Under the pieces are notes generated by a model. The model had not been told where the DNA came from, made no database searches, and saw only the letters and a program-made list of their open reading frames with translations. Positions 26,848-40,183 of a DNA stretch of 64,000 bases are shown here, piece after piece. The stretch is taken from NCBI RefSeq assembly GCF_000315625.1, contig NW_005434570.1:105759-169758 (forward strand), read 5' to 3'. Position 1 is the stretch's first letter. Every line of letters starts with the position of its first letter. Origin of the DNA: Guillardia theta CCMP2712. Lineage: Eukaryota > Protista > Cryptophyta. The translations under genes and the position numbers were made by a program.

Positions 26848-27927
26848 TTACGTGCTTGACTGTAGGCAACGGTAGTTTCTCAGAGCTTTCAGATGCGCCA
26901 GGACCCCACTGCCCAGAGACTCATCCGCGGTACCTGAGTCTGACCATCTTGAGCGTCGGCTGCAAGTTGCAGCATCATAGCTCTCAGAAGACTTTTTCTT
27001 GTCCTTGGATTCATCCTTGTCCACCTCGTGCAGCAGTATGATCATCATGTGCTCGTCCTTGGTTACATTTACATTCATGCTGCACAGGATCTGCGTGCCG
27101 TTACGATCATAGAGGGTAGCAAGATGGTTCACACTCCCTGTAGCAGTGCTTGCTTCCGTCAGAGCCTTTGAGAGGCTCGCAGCATTCGTAAGAGGCCCAT
27201 AACAGAGACGCAACGATCTCCCTAACACCTCGTCGGCATGGAATCCAAAACGATCCAACCAGGTTCCGCTAGCACTGATGATCTTGTAAGGGGGACAGCA
27301 ATTCACTGTTATGTAATAGCTCGTCTTGGTTGGAGCAGCATTGTCCTTGGGGGGCGATACATTCAGCGAAGATTCAGACAAGCTTTTCCTGTCCGGGATC
27401 TGCTTATTCACTGGAGAATCGCCTGCTTGTTCCTGCGGCTTCACTTCATGTGGCACGAGGTCATCTTCTTCACCATCCAGCTGTATCTGGACATTTTCAA
27501 CCTCATCTTGGATCGACTTATAAGTCTGCACAAAGGCCGGTCCATTCACACAAGTGGTATCTGTTGAATATGTCACAAGACGTACAGAAGCCGATCTCGG
27601 TGAACCTGACTTAGCGTCATCGTTCTTCACTTGATGACATTCAGAAGGAACAGGTGCCGCATTCGAAGAAGGAGAGTCGTCGGAAACCTTGAAGTGAATC
27701 AACTTTTCCTTCTGCTGTAACTCAGACTCCATGAGCTTCTGCTCGTATAGTCTGTCTATGCTCTTTTCGAGGTTCATCTTTTTGCGAAACACAGAGAGCA
27801 TGTTGTCAAAGACTGAGGATGTCTCGAGCTTTTGATTTGAGTCATTGAAAAGATCGAACTTGCGTTCTCGATGGTCAAACGATGAAGAGCTCCAGCTTTT
27901 GGATCGTGTCATTGAATGCCTGACCAT
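26848..27927 (-). CDS. PAS-domain protein, intronless
   Basis: PPYKIISASGTWLDRFGFHADEVLGRSLRLCYGPLT...LATLYDRNGTQILCSMNV matches the PAS/LOV-like core. The remainder is low complexity. Confidence 0.8.
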   Translation of the reverse strand: MVRHSMTRSKSWSSSSFDHRERKFDLFNDSNQKLETSSVFDNMLSVFRKKMNLEKSIDRLYEQKLMESELQQKEKLIHFKVSDDSPSSNAAPVPSECHQVKNDDAKSGSPRSASVRLVTYSTDTTCVNGPAFVQTYKSIQDEVENVQIQLDGEEDDLVPHEVKPQEQAGDSPVNKQIPDRKSLSESSLNVSPPKDNAAPTKTSYYITVNCCPPYKIISASGTWLDRFGFHADEVLGRSLRLCYGPLTNAASLSKALTEASTATGSVNHLATLYDRNGTQILCSMNVNVTKDEHMMIILLHEVDKDESKDKKKSSESYDAATCSRRSRWSDSGTADESLGSGVLAHLKALRNYRCLQSST

Positions 27928-28859
27928 ACCTGAATCAGAACCTGCAAGCTCACGTCACTTTGATTTGTCTGAAATCTATCACATCAGCTTATTTTCGATG
28001 TTCTGCTTTCGAGTTGCCCGTACTACTTCGTCTGGATTGATTGCAACTTCGACTTGCTGACCTTGAAACTTCTTCTGTATACTCTCGTCGTGTCGTTATC
28101 AGGTCCTGAACTTTTCAACAAATTCCTCTCTTCATTCTCTCTTGGCCTCGCTGTTCGCAAAACTGTCTTTTTCGTCATCCCTATTCTCCTCTCATCTTCC
28201 TCTAGCTAATCTCTGAGAGTGGTCGCATGGCCCGTTTCGATGGATGGCGCCTCCTACGCAGCGACGAGGGGGGTAGTGCTGCCAGGTGGAGTATGGTGGG
28301 TTGTTTTGTTTCGGGTCCGTTGACCAATATTGAACAGCACGAGGTAGGGTGTACTACCCCACCTGTTCTTGAAAGCCATAGATAGATGGAATAAACCGGT
28401 ACTTTGTGAATTAGTGCCGTCTATCCTCAACAATTGAGGGGTCGGAGGGTTAACAGATCTTGCTTGAGGAGATACTTTGAGATTCAATCTCGCTCAATCT
28501 CCTCGCAGTTAAACTTGACCGATGGGTCAGTGGGGCCTGAGAGGGGCTGAGGCAACCTGGCACGCACCGCCGGGCCGGGCCCGCCGCCACCGCCGAGCCT
28601 ACCGACTCTCAGCCCCACACACTCAGCCTCCGGGACTCGGGAGGGCGGCCGCGGCAGCCGCGGGCGGTGGTCCCGGAGTCCGGCCCCTCAGCGGCGGCCC
28701 GTCCCGCCCGGCCCCCCGACAGGCTGCCGGATCGGACACACTTTTGCCGGACGAAGGCTGCCACCGTCACCGGACACCGGGCCCCCGGGCCAGCCCCCGG
28801 CCCCGGGCCCCCGGTGTCTGCCGGCTTCCGTGGCTCCCGATACCGCAAGTGATTCCTCC

Positions 28860-30860
28860 ATGGCCGCCTCCATGGCGCGAGCATGGCTTGCTTGTGCTGT
28901 GATCTTGGTGGAGCTACAGGTAAGAGGAGGAGAGATGATCCGAGATGCGACGAGCCATCTCACACTCGGATGCGACGATGTCGGAGTGAGCCTGTGCTGC
29001 AGTGTGGGGCGTCATTTTGTTCAGTTCCTTTGGAGCACTCCGTCAAGTCCGGGAAGCCGCAACGAGGGGAGGGGATGAAGCTTCCAGCTCTTCGATCCTG
29101 TTTAGCTCCAGCAACGATCCTCCTGGTCCGTCATGGACAGACGGAATGGAATGTTCAAGGCCGGTATCAGGGGCATATGGACTCTCCCCTGACTGCAAGA
29201 GGGAGGTAAGCGAACGCTGGGGCTGCTGCGCTGTTTTGATCCGTTGCTGCAAGACAAGAAGCACAGCTCCTCGGAAAGGTGAAGCCATGTCATGCGATGT
29301 GATGGGTGTTGAAGAGCTTGCCGAAGCGCTTGAAGGAGTCCAACAAGATGATAGACAACGTGTTCAGCTCCGATCTTGAGAGAGCTCGGTGCTGTTGAAG
29401 TCTTGTCGCACCCCCGGTGTGCTGATGCTGACGTAGGGATACGGCAAAGATCATCTCGGCAGAGATCGGCATTGATACGATCCACACAGATACGAAACTA
29501 AGAGAGAGAGGATTCGGTGAACTAGAATCTCCTCCAGAAAGACATTGATTGACCTGGGCTCCTCTGCAGGGATCTTCGAGGGACTGACGAGGGAGGAAGT
29601 GAAGTCAAGATATCCTGAGGAGATGAGCACGTTTGCGAAGATGGATCTTGATTACAAGGTAGGGAGAGGAATTTTTGGTGACGAGGGTGTGGACGTCAGT
29701 GATGGTGATGGTGATGGTGAATGTGGTGATAGTGATGGTGGTGATGACGATGGTGATGGTGATGGTGATGGCGGTTGTGTTGGTGGCATATTTACGACGA
29801 CGTGACGAGGACGATGAGTATGTAACGGATAATCGCAGGTACCAGGAGGGGACTCAAGACGGGAAGTGCTGGACAGGACGATGCAATGTTTGCAGGATGT
29901 AAACTTGTTCGTTTCAATGTCGACAATGATGCATAGGCTCATGAAAGCTCGTGTGTTTCAACACTGATTGAAACGAGACATCAGATCTATCTTCTTGTTG
30001 TGTTCTATGAGATGACACACCATCTTATCCTTGTTGGCTCACACATTTGCTCAAGGTTGCTCAGAACCATCCTGGCAAGGTCTCGCTGGTGGTGAGTGCC
30101 AGAGATTTTTAGCGTGTGAGTGCCAAGGTGTTGAGAAATGTCGTCAGGTTACCCATGGAGCGGTGATAAGCTTGCTCATGCGATGGATGCTGGGAATTCC
30201 GTTCAGCCCTCAGGTTTCAGTCTCCCATCGACTTGCTCCCATTTCCGCTCGCCCCTCTTAAACTTGATTTCCCCTGCCCCAGCCTTTTGCTGCTTACCCC
30301 AAGTGTACTTGTGCTCATCATCCTAAGATACATTTTATCACCCATGTACCTCTCCTCTCCTGTCCTCTCCTCTCTACTCTGCTCTCTCCATGTCCTTATT
30401 GCTTCATCTCTCCCCATCATTACAGTCATGACGAACTTTGCTTGCAACGTACCTGACGAGCTTCACTAGTCGCAAGCGCACGCGGACTTCAAGATCAGGA
30501 ACTCATGTGAGGCGGAGGCTTGCCGCAGCGAGATTCCTTCTCACTTTGGTTCAGGCCTGTGCGAGTTGAGATATGTTGGGACCAAGTGAGATGAGAGTTG
30601 GAGGATGACAGCATGTCCTTGTAGTGTTATCAAGATCATGCCGTTGCTGTCATATCAAGACAATGCTGTTCTTGTGATGATTGAGATCATGTTGTTGTGA
30701 TGATGAAGACCATCATGATCATGATCCTGATCATCATCATCATTGTTGTGTAACCAAGATCGTCCTGTTGTTGGTTGATGCAGCTGTTTCTTGACCAGGT
30801 GGGAAGTGTTGTCATTCGGAGATGTCGCTCACTGCGAACTCGACCACATCCTGGTAGACA
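28860..30860 (+). CDS. Histidine phosphatase (phosphoglycerate mutase family) with putative bipartite targeting leader; 3' end uncertain
   Basis: LLVRHGQTEWN...QGHMDSPLT..G, FSSDLERA, LRERGFGIFEGL, VPGGDS, VTHGAVI and WEVLSFGDVAH. Confidence 0.9.
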
Positions 30861-30911
30861 TGTTTTGCTCAAGAACTCTCCTCTCTGACCCGCTCTCAGC
30901 AAAGAGTTTGA

Positions 30912-31436
30912 CTAGAAACAACCCGAGCGAGCGGGTCGGAGGGACGTCTTTTCCTCCGGAGGCTCGCAGCATGCAATTTTTTTCCATCGCGTTTCCTGTG
31001 AATATCAATTTCCTTGTTGCTATACGTGTGACAAACTCGTCTACACTTCTCCACTCCTCCTCCTCCTCCTCCTCCTCCTCCTCCTCCTCCTCCTCCTCCT
31101 CCTCCTCCTCCTCCTTCCCAGCTCCCATCATCACCGCGGGTACAAATTGCTCTCCATGTTGTCATCCCAGAAGCTCAAATCCCCGCTGACCCCGTGCACT
31201 CCCGTCGATCGCTTCACTTTCGCCCTCGCGTTCTTGAGCGGTGGCGCTTGTGAGAAGCCTTGGGATGTGGCGGACAAACCTCGCAAAGTTCGCTCGGGTG
31301 TGAAAGTCACCTGGTGAGCAGGAAGTGCGGGACGAAGAGGGGAGGAAGTGAAGGAGAGAGAGATCGGAGGAGGAGGGGGAAGGAGAGAAGATGAGGAAGA
31401 GAGAGGAAGAGGCGAGGAAAACAGGAGGAGATCAGG

Positions 31437-31472
<36 letters not shown>

Positions 31473-33541
31473 CAGTAATGAGCGACAGCTAAGAATAACA
31501 AGACTAGACTCATCACCGTGTTGCCGATGGAAACAACATAATCTTCTTTCAGAATTTCCGTTCTGCTCCTCATAACCCTGTGCGCCTCCTTCTCAAGATT
31601 GCTTGCAAAGATGTCCGCTGCCACGAGGGCAACATATCAGCTCTAAGTGTACTCGTTTCGCTCCTCCTCCTCCTCTTCCTGCTCTCTATCATCATCATAT
31701 TCCTTCTCCTCTTTCTCGTCGTCATCAACTCCTCCTCCTCCTCCTCCACCTCCTCCTGCTCCGCTTCCTCTCCCTGCTGCTCCACTCACCGCTCCTGATG
31801 TATTCTCCCACATGAACTCCTGCCTTCACCGCCTCCACCCTCTCCGCGAGGTCAGGAGACACTTCCGACGCCCTGCGAGACACGCGACGGTCACGGACAG
31901 AGAGAAATTGGACGGCAAAGAGGAGGGAGAATGAGAGCGAGGAAAGATGGGAGAAGAGTAGAGAAGGGGAGCTGAGAAAGCATGAGAGGACGAGGCGGAA
32001 GAGGAGAGAGGGAAAGGAGGCAGCAGGGAAGGGAGGGGAGGGGATAGGGAGGATCAGGAGTGAAGAGAGGGTGGGGAGGAAACCATAAGGGAAGAGGACG
32101 AGTGAACAGGAGGAGGGTTGAGGAGGAGAGAGAAGGAGTGAGGAGGAGTGAGGGGGAGAAGGTTGTGGGCTGAGGGAGCAGGAGAGGAGAGGGAGCAGGA
32201 GGGAGGATAGAGAGAGAGGAGGGAGGAGCATCACCCGATGTTGAGGCGCGCCAGCTGATCTCTTGTCTTCTGTCCATGAGTCGTTCGAGCCTCGACTACT
32301 GACTGTACCATGTCCTTAACGAGCTTGTTAGACGCTCGACAGAACAATGCTGGTTGTTCCTGCTGCTGCTCCTGCTGCTGCTCTTGTTCCACCCTCCCCG
32401 CAGACTTCTTCTGCTCCTTCTTCTGCTTCTCTGCCTGCTCCTCCTCGTTCTCGTCCTCCGTCTCCTCCTCCTCTTCCCCCTCATCGTCGTTATCTCCACT
32501 AGCTCTACATCCGTCTTTCGTATCTCATCTCTGCCAAGTCCTGACAACTTTCTTCTTCTGTCCTGTCCTGTCCTGTCCTGTTCTGTCCTGTCCTGTCCTG
32601 TCCTGTCCTGTCCTGTCCTGTCCTGTCCTGTCCTCACCCGCTGCAGTATCGACGAGTCTGCCGTTCTCCTGGGCATCCATGGAGCTCCGATCATCCCGAG
32701 TACGCCGACCTGAGGGAGAAGAAGGATGAGAGGAGGAGAGGAGAGGAGAGGAGAGGAGAGGAGAGGAGAGGAGAGGAGAGGAGAGGAGAGGAGAGGAGAA
32801 GAGAGCCAATCGAAGACAAGGGACATCTCAGCTTGCTATCAAACAAGTTTCTCCGACATGATTCGACTATCCAAGAAAATAACAGAGTCAAGTCACCTTG
32901 TAGTCGAAAATCTTTGCTCTCGACACGATCGGTCCCGACCTGCCATGGTTTCCGATGGTGTAGTAGGAGTCTGTTGTTGGGGCGGTCTTGACGGAACATG
33001 TTCAGCGGAGGAAGTTGACAAAGTGCGATCAGGGCACCTTGAAGTTGCCGTAGGCAACTGCTGTCGACCCATCGTAATCTGTTATGATCACCGGGCCCTG
33101 AGGAAAAAGTGTGTGGGGTGAGCAGAGGGGAGAAGTCGAAATGTCAAGAGGAGAAGGAAGTTAGAGAAATGAGGCAAGAATATGTGAAGACAAGATGTTA
33201 GATGAAAAGAAGTGAAGAGGAGGAATTCAGTGAGAGATCTTGTTGATGGTTGTCATTGACAATGTTTACCTGCTCTGATCCTGGTCCTGCTGTGATGGAA
33301 CATGTTTGACCAACGTAATATCCATCCTATGTTGCAGATCAGGCAATATCAAGTTGTTGTCGTCATAATTGTAGTCGACATCATCAACGCCATCAACACC
33401 TGCAACTCCCACCACTACCATCCTCCTCTTCCTCCCCATCCCCATCCCCATCCCCATCCCCACCACCACCAGCACCATCACCAGCACCATCACCACCACC
33501 ACCACCACCACCACCACCATCGTCATCGTCATCGTCATCGT

Positions 33542-33621
<80 letters not shown>

Positions 33622-36600
33622 GAAGCAGCAGCAGCAGCAGCAGCAGAAGCAGAAGCAGAAGCAGCAGCAGCAGCAGACAAAATTGTCATCATTGCCTGCA
33701 GCACACAATGATCATTGTCATCACCTGCGACTGTCCGAACTCGAGAAGAATTCGATCTAGCCCTCCTCCTCTCGCTCTCCCCGACACGCACTCCAGCGGT
33801 GTCACCGTGCTCATGTACTTGATCCCTGCGAACTGCTCCATCCCTCCTCCTCCTCCTCCTCCCGCAAGCCTCCTGACTCTCTTCATGTAGAGGAATCTCA
33901 TGATGCAGATGAAGATGAGGAGGCCGACGAAGCAGGGGATCACGATAGCGATGATAAGCTTCCAGACTTGCGACTTCTTCTTCGCCTCCGCCGGCCCCGC
34001 CGGCCTCCCGCAGATACCGTATCGCATCCCCGTGTAGTCAGCCTGCATACTGTCCCCCACGAGCCCTGCTAGGTCTCCTGAGACCTGGAGCCTCTTCAAT
34101 CAGAAGCGAGGAGGAGGAGGAGGACGAGGACGAGGACGAGGACGAGAACGAGAACGAGGACGAGAACGAGAACGAGGACGAGGAGATAAGAATGTGATGA
34201 AGAACGGAGAGGGAAGAATCATTGAAATGGAGAGGAGGAGGAGCGGGATGAGGAGCTGGTGTGGCATCGGAGGAGGAGCAAGACGAAGGCAAGGAAAAGG
34301 AAGAGAGGAAGGGATGAAATGAGGAGGAGAGGAACAGCGAACACGAGCACAGTGCCCAAGACAACGAGCAAGGAAAACTCACAACGATGGCAAAGGTCTG
34401 GCAAAGGTCACTTGTGTTCAACCCCTGCACAACCCTCTTCCCCCTCACAGTCACGTTGACCACGCTGGGCCCAGCCTGCGTGATCCGAACCTGCTCGACG
34501 TTGTTCACGTCATCACCAAGTAGCTTCCCGTTGCCGTAGTATGTCTGCTCCTCCACCTGGTTCACCGGGAGCTGCAGGACTTGATTCATGGTCATGGACG
34601 AGCCGATGGCTGCGGTGATAGGGGTGACGGAGACGGAGAGGTCGAGGTCGTTGACAAGGAGCGTAGAGGAGGCGAGAGCAGGAGCCGGGTCCGTGTACAC
34701 CAGGGTGACCTTGAAGGGGCTGCTCTGACTGGCCCCTGTGATGGCGAGGGAGTAGAGGAGAGTATCGTTCTGACTGAGCGAGAACTCTTGGGGGGAGACC
34801 TTGGCCTGCAAGTCCTCGAACGTTCTGCTCACTCCCTCCCCTGCTGCCCCCACGATCTTGGCGTCCCTTACGAGCATGCGAACGTTGATGTTCACTGCCT
34901 GGTTGCGCCAGGGGCAGGCGTCGAGCACCGACAGGTCGCTTGGGCAGATGAGGTAGGAGAAGAACATGCCCGGGTAGCGCGGAGAGGGGATGGCAACCTG
35001 GCATGTGGGCGAGACCCAGCACCAAGACTTGCAGCAGCTGATATCTGGCTCTCCTCCTCCCACCAGCGTCTCGTTGCAAAGGTTCTTGTCCCATGGCGCG
35101 CAAGTCTTGCCGTAGTTGGGCCCAAGCAGCTGCTTCCTCTTCCCGTCAGGGTCGTTGGCGGGAGAGAACAGCAGGTCGTTGCTTCCCAGGCAGGTGCAGC
35201 GATCGGTCAGCGGCGTCTGCTCGTTGAGCTGGATGACGTTGAGGAGGTGAAGTCGGCCGAAACCCTCGTAGGGGTTGGGGAGGGAGAGGGAGGAAATGTC
35301 TGTTCTCTCCCCACTCGCCTCCTCCTTCTTCAGCATTTTGTCTGCTGACGCTAACAGCACAGCCTTCACCAGCGCCGCGCTCGGGCTCCAGACGTTCCCT
35401 CCTGCAGTCCCCAGGGGGAAGAATCCCTGCTCGAAGTAGGAGCGCTGAGGAGGTAGGAATTAGGTCCTCGTGGAGGAGAGGAGGGATGTTTGGAGAGGGA
35501 GTAGTGGAAGCAAAGCTGTGTGGAGGAAGGGAGGGCGAGAAGGAGGGGAGAAGTGAGGGACGGAGATATTGGGTGAGATAGCGGGAAGGGGAGGGAAGGG
35601 GAGGGCGGAGGAGGAGGAGGAGGAGGAGGAGGAGGAGGAGGAGGAGGAGGAGGAGGAGGAGGAGGAGGAGGTTGACAGGGAGAAGATAAAACTCTCACCA
35701 CAAGAGCTGCAGCTGCAGCGACCTGAGCCGCTGACATGCTCGATCCTGAAACAAGTCAGAGTCAGGTGACGCAAACAAGAAGCAGGAGCTCGGACAGGGA
35801 TAGGGGCAGGGTCAAGGGCAAGGGCAAGGGCAAGAGCAGGAGCGGGAGCGGGAGCGGGAGCAGCAGGAGCAGGAGCAGGAGCACCTGTCAGAGCGACGAT
35901 GGAGGACTTGTCGTCTCCCCCGCTGTTCATGCAGCATCTGCATCCTCGAACTCCTCCTGAGTTTGGATCGCCATCGGACCTCGCACTTAGCACGTTGACA
36001 CCGGGAGCCATCTGGTAGGAACGAGATGGGAGGGTGAGAAGAGAAGGGCAAGCAAGGGGGATGATCGAGGAGAGAGAAGGAATCAGACTGAGAGGAGGAA
36101 GACTTAGAGGAGGAGGGGGAGAGGAGAGGGGGAGAGAGGGAGAGAGAGAGAGAGAGAGAGGGAGAGGAGAGGGGGAGAGAGGGAGAGAGGAGAGAGGGAG
36201 AGAGAGAAGAGAGGGAGAGGGAGAGAGGGGAGGGGCAAGTGGAGGAACGAAGAATTCAAGGAAACAATGAACGAGAACGCTTTGAGACGAGGAAAGGAGG
36301 AGGGAAGCAGGTGGGGAAGCAGGTGGGGCAAATTTGACATGGAAGGTGTCAAACTGACCAGCTCGGGTTTGACTCGCTCCATCTTTAGCCTGGACTTGTC
36401 CGTGTACAGGTTGCCGATGTACGTGGGCGGTGCGTTGGCAACTTTTGACACGTAGCTAGTCAAAGTCCCCTGCTGAGAGACTGCAAACCCCAGCTGGTTG
36501 CGGTAGTCGATGGTCTCAGGGTTGTCCCCCCCATACTTGAAGGCGCAGCAGGAGGCGAGCTGGGAAGGTGGAGAAGAGGAGGAGTCCACACACACGCCGC

Positions 36601-39600
36601 TCGTCCCGGACCCCTGCTCCCAGAACAGCTGGGGACAGTCTTCCGGCCTGCACTGGTCCAGCAGGTACTCAGCTCCTGCCACCTCCTCCTGCTCCCAGAG
36701 TTGGGACATGCCGACGGTGAGGCAGTTCTTGCAGGTGCCAGGGGAGGACACGCTGCTGTAACCTCCCTCCGAGTCGCCAGCTGAGAAGATGACGAGCAGG
36801 TCGGGATGGGAGTGGACGAAGTCGTCGACATCGCGCGAGTCGATGGTGTAGCGGTTGCAGATTTGAGGGTCACCGTGTAGGGAGGCGTCCTGGGCGATGA
36901 GGTAGTTGTAGCTGAAAGAAGTCTCCTGCTCCTTCCACCAGCGGAAGTCGGAGCAGCTCCAGGGGTTCAGGAAGATCCTGGCGCCGTCGTTGTAGGGGCG
37001 GGTGAGGAGGAGAGTGATGGAGTCGGGGGGGGAGAGGTAGAGGGAGGAAGAGGAGGAGATGTCAACAACCATCAGCTTTGCAGAGCTCGCGATGGAGTTG
37101 TGGATGCTGAGCGGGGTGGAGAGAGGGAGGGAAGGGAACGCAACCGGATCGTACGCCTCCCCTCCTGCCGAGGCCGCAACGTGCGTCCCGTGCCCTTGCC
37201 TGTTGAGGATCGGCCTCCTTCCCGGCAGCATGTCCGAGGGAGCGATGAACCGAGCTCCTTGGTCCTGAGGAGCACAGGACAGAACTATCTCCTTCCTGTG
37301 CTGAACGATGTTGCATCCCGCCCCTCGCCATCCCACCTTGCACTGAGTTCCTATGGTTCCGTCAAGGTTGACCGACGTCCCGTTGAGGAATAGCTGTAGC
37401 TCCATGCGCAGCAGGCGCTGCCTGTCGAGGATGTTGTTGGGGGAGGAGGAGCAAGTGACGGTGAACGTCTTCAGCGCCTGCTCCAGCTCCGCCAGGGTCC
37501 CCAGCACCTGCAGCTGCGACGGAGCTGACGAGAGCATGACGGCAGGAGCAGGGAGTAGCGATAGCTGCACTCCTCCGATCGCCCCGTCCTGCCCATTGCG
37601 AAAGATTCCCTGGATCGGGAGGAAGGAGGAGATTGTCAGCAGCCACCTCCTGTCGTCCCTCCTCCCGTCCACCAGCAGCGACCCAGCAGGGAACTTGAAC
37701 TCTGCCCCCGAGGTCAGGGAGAGCAGGAGGGTATCGATGTTGTACGTCTCCTTTCTTCCCTGACAAGTTCCTAGCGCCGCTGAGCATCCGAGATCAAGGC
37801 AGGGGACGATGCTGCCGTAGTCGCTGGGGCAGCGATGAGCTGGGAGGAAGGTGCGGGAAACAGTCCCTCCTGCTGCTGCGAACTGATCGACGAACCTGAC
37901 GCGGGCGAGGAGGGAGGAGGAGGAGATGCAGTGGGAGAGGGAGCAGGCAGGGGGGAAGCAGCCACCCCCGCACACCCCACACAAGTCAACCTGTCGCCCG
38001 GAGGAGGAGGAGCCGTCACAGTAGTTCTTGTTGGTGTCTGCGCAAACGTTCGCGTCCCCGACCGAGTCAACTCCCCTCCTATCGTCACTCCTAATCTTAG
38101 TCGTCCTGCTGTCAAAGGAAGGCAGCAGATCCCCGTCGCGCTTGTCGCTGCAGGGTATCGAGTTAGCATACAGCTGCCCTCGCACGCTCACGTAGACGGA
38201 CACTGCCCCGGCCTGACTCGCTGCGTTCATGACGTAGATGACAAACCCGTCTGCTGTCTTGGGGAGGGTTGAGTTGGATGCCATGGTGTAGAACGGAACG
38301 TTGACCTTGAAAGGAGAGGAGGAGGAGGAGGAGGAGGAAGAGAGCAGGTGCTGGAAGCCCTGGCTGTTGAGACAGGTCGTGTTCCAGTAGCTCAGGTCCT
38401 TGAGCTGGGCGCTCGTGGACCGGGCGAACGTCTCGTTGCTCAGCACGCACACTGCAATGCCGAACTGAGCGACCTGCCTGCTGGCCTCATTGTTGACTGT
38501 GACGTCAACGTTCATGACAAGGCTGAAGTCCGTGTACCTCGCCGCAAACTCGTCAAACCTCCAGTCGTCAGTCAGAGGAGCCAGCTGGATCGACAGGGCC
38601 TCGGTCCTGGCCAGCAGAGCTGGGAGGGAGCGCGAGAATGAGCTGGAGGGGAAGGAGGAGATGTCGATGCGGACGCGGTTGCAGAGGCCACACGGCGAGC
38701 AGCCCTAGGAGCAAGTCAGCCAAGGGTGACCTTGTCCAGGAGAAAGCCCAGCAGGAGCTCACGGGGAACGTGTAGTAGCCGATGAGCTTCCTCCTGGAGT
38801 GATCTGCCCTGTCGTATGGAGGGACTGTCGTGTAGATCTTCCACCACTCCTGGGGGAGGAGAAGAGAAAAGAAGAGGTAAGAGATGAGGAGGGGAGGGAA
38901 GGGGAGGGGATACAAGGAGGGCGAGGCAAGAAGGAAACAGAGGAAAAAAGGAGGATGGGTGAACGGAAAGAGGGAGAATGGAAGATATAGGAGAGCAGGA
39001 GAGGAAGAAACGAAGGGACGAGGTGGAGGGTTGGACGGAAGGCAAGTTATCAGAAGAGCAGTGATTTGCCTGTGTTGTGTTGTACGTGTAGAGCGCTGAA
39101 TTGGCTTCTGGGCTGCAAACATTATCATCATCACCGTCATGTAAAACATTTCCTGGCTCCTCCATGCTCAATTGTGTCTACTTTGTTCTTCTCCTCGATA
39201 TGTCTGTCCTTGTTGCTTCATCCCATGCTTTTCGCATCTCTCGCACCTTTGGGCCTCCTTTCTGCCTTGTCTCACCTTCCAGTCTGCAGTCCATACAAGT
39301 TTTCGCCGAGATAGTACGATGAGACGCATTGGGAAATAGCTGCAAAGTAATCATTAATACAAACATGAAACTGACGTAACATGCATGTGACACAGCATAA
39401 ATCTGACACAACATAAATCTGACATGATATGAATTGACATGTATGCAGTGAAACAAGAGCAAGACAAACAAGAGCAAACCATCAAAGCAACATGTCACCA
39501 GCATGACACAACACTTTCCAACAGCATCTTCACCTGCTTCGATCAACCTTGGATCCCAGGTCACGTTGCAAGGGTTGATAGTGATGTTCTCTCCGCCCTG

Positions 39601-40146
39601 CCATATTCGTTCACATCAACATCATTCAAACAGCTCCAGCTTCAACCCAGCTGATCTGAAGACTCGTGCACAACCCTGAAGATCAAATGTAAGGGCATCG
39701 CAATGATCCATCTCAGCAGGACCTGGTAGGGTCCCATTGGGATATCTTGGAAGCGACCTCGGGTCAGGGTACCTGGCAGGAGGTCATGAAGGAGCGTTTG
39801 CGGCACCTTGACGCCTCCATCTCACTTTCCGCCTCCTCTCGTGATGTTGCACATTGACTGCAACAAGTTGGTGTCGAGCGCCGGCAGGCCTGCACGTCAG
39901 AATGAGGGCCGGTGAATGTGAGAGGAGAAAGGGAAGGAAGGAAAGGGAGAGGGGAAGGGAAGAAGAGACCACTCGGTTTGCGATCTGATTGGACGAAAGC
40001 CGCCGATGCCATGGCCTAGTAGGAAGTGAACAAGATGAAAGAAAGGAGAGTGAGAAAAAGAAAGTGCCTGCAGTTCACGGATGGGAGGGACTGTAGGAAA
40101 CGAAAGTCAGAGAAACAGACAAGAAGCGCGGGACAGAGACAGAGAC

Positions 40147-40183
<37 letters not shown>

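Noticed and set aside
33302-33791. Poly-His/Gln/Ala ORFs (also the poly-Glu, poly-Ser and poly-Pro ORFs elsewhere)
   Set aside because: They are translations of intronic trinucleotide microsatellites that lack stops by composition.
34581-35348. 255-aa plus-strand ORF and similar long shadow ORFs (e.g. 62984-63703)
   Set aside because: They are antisense to well-supported GC-rich exons and show no independent protein features.
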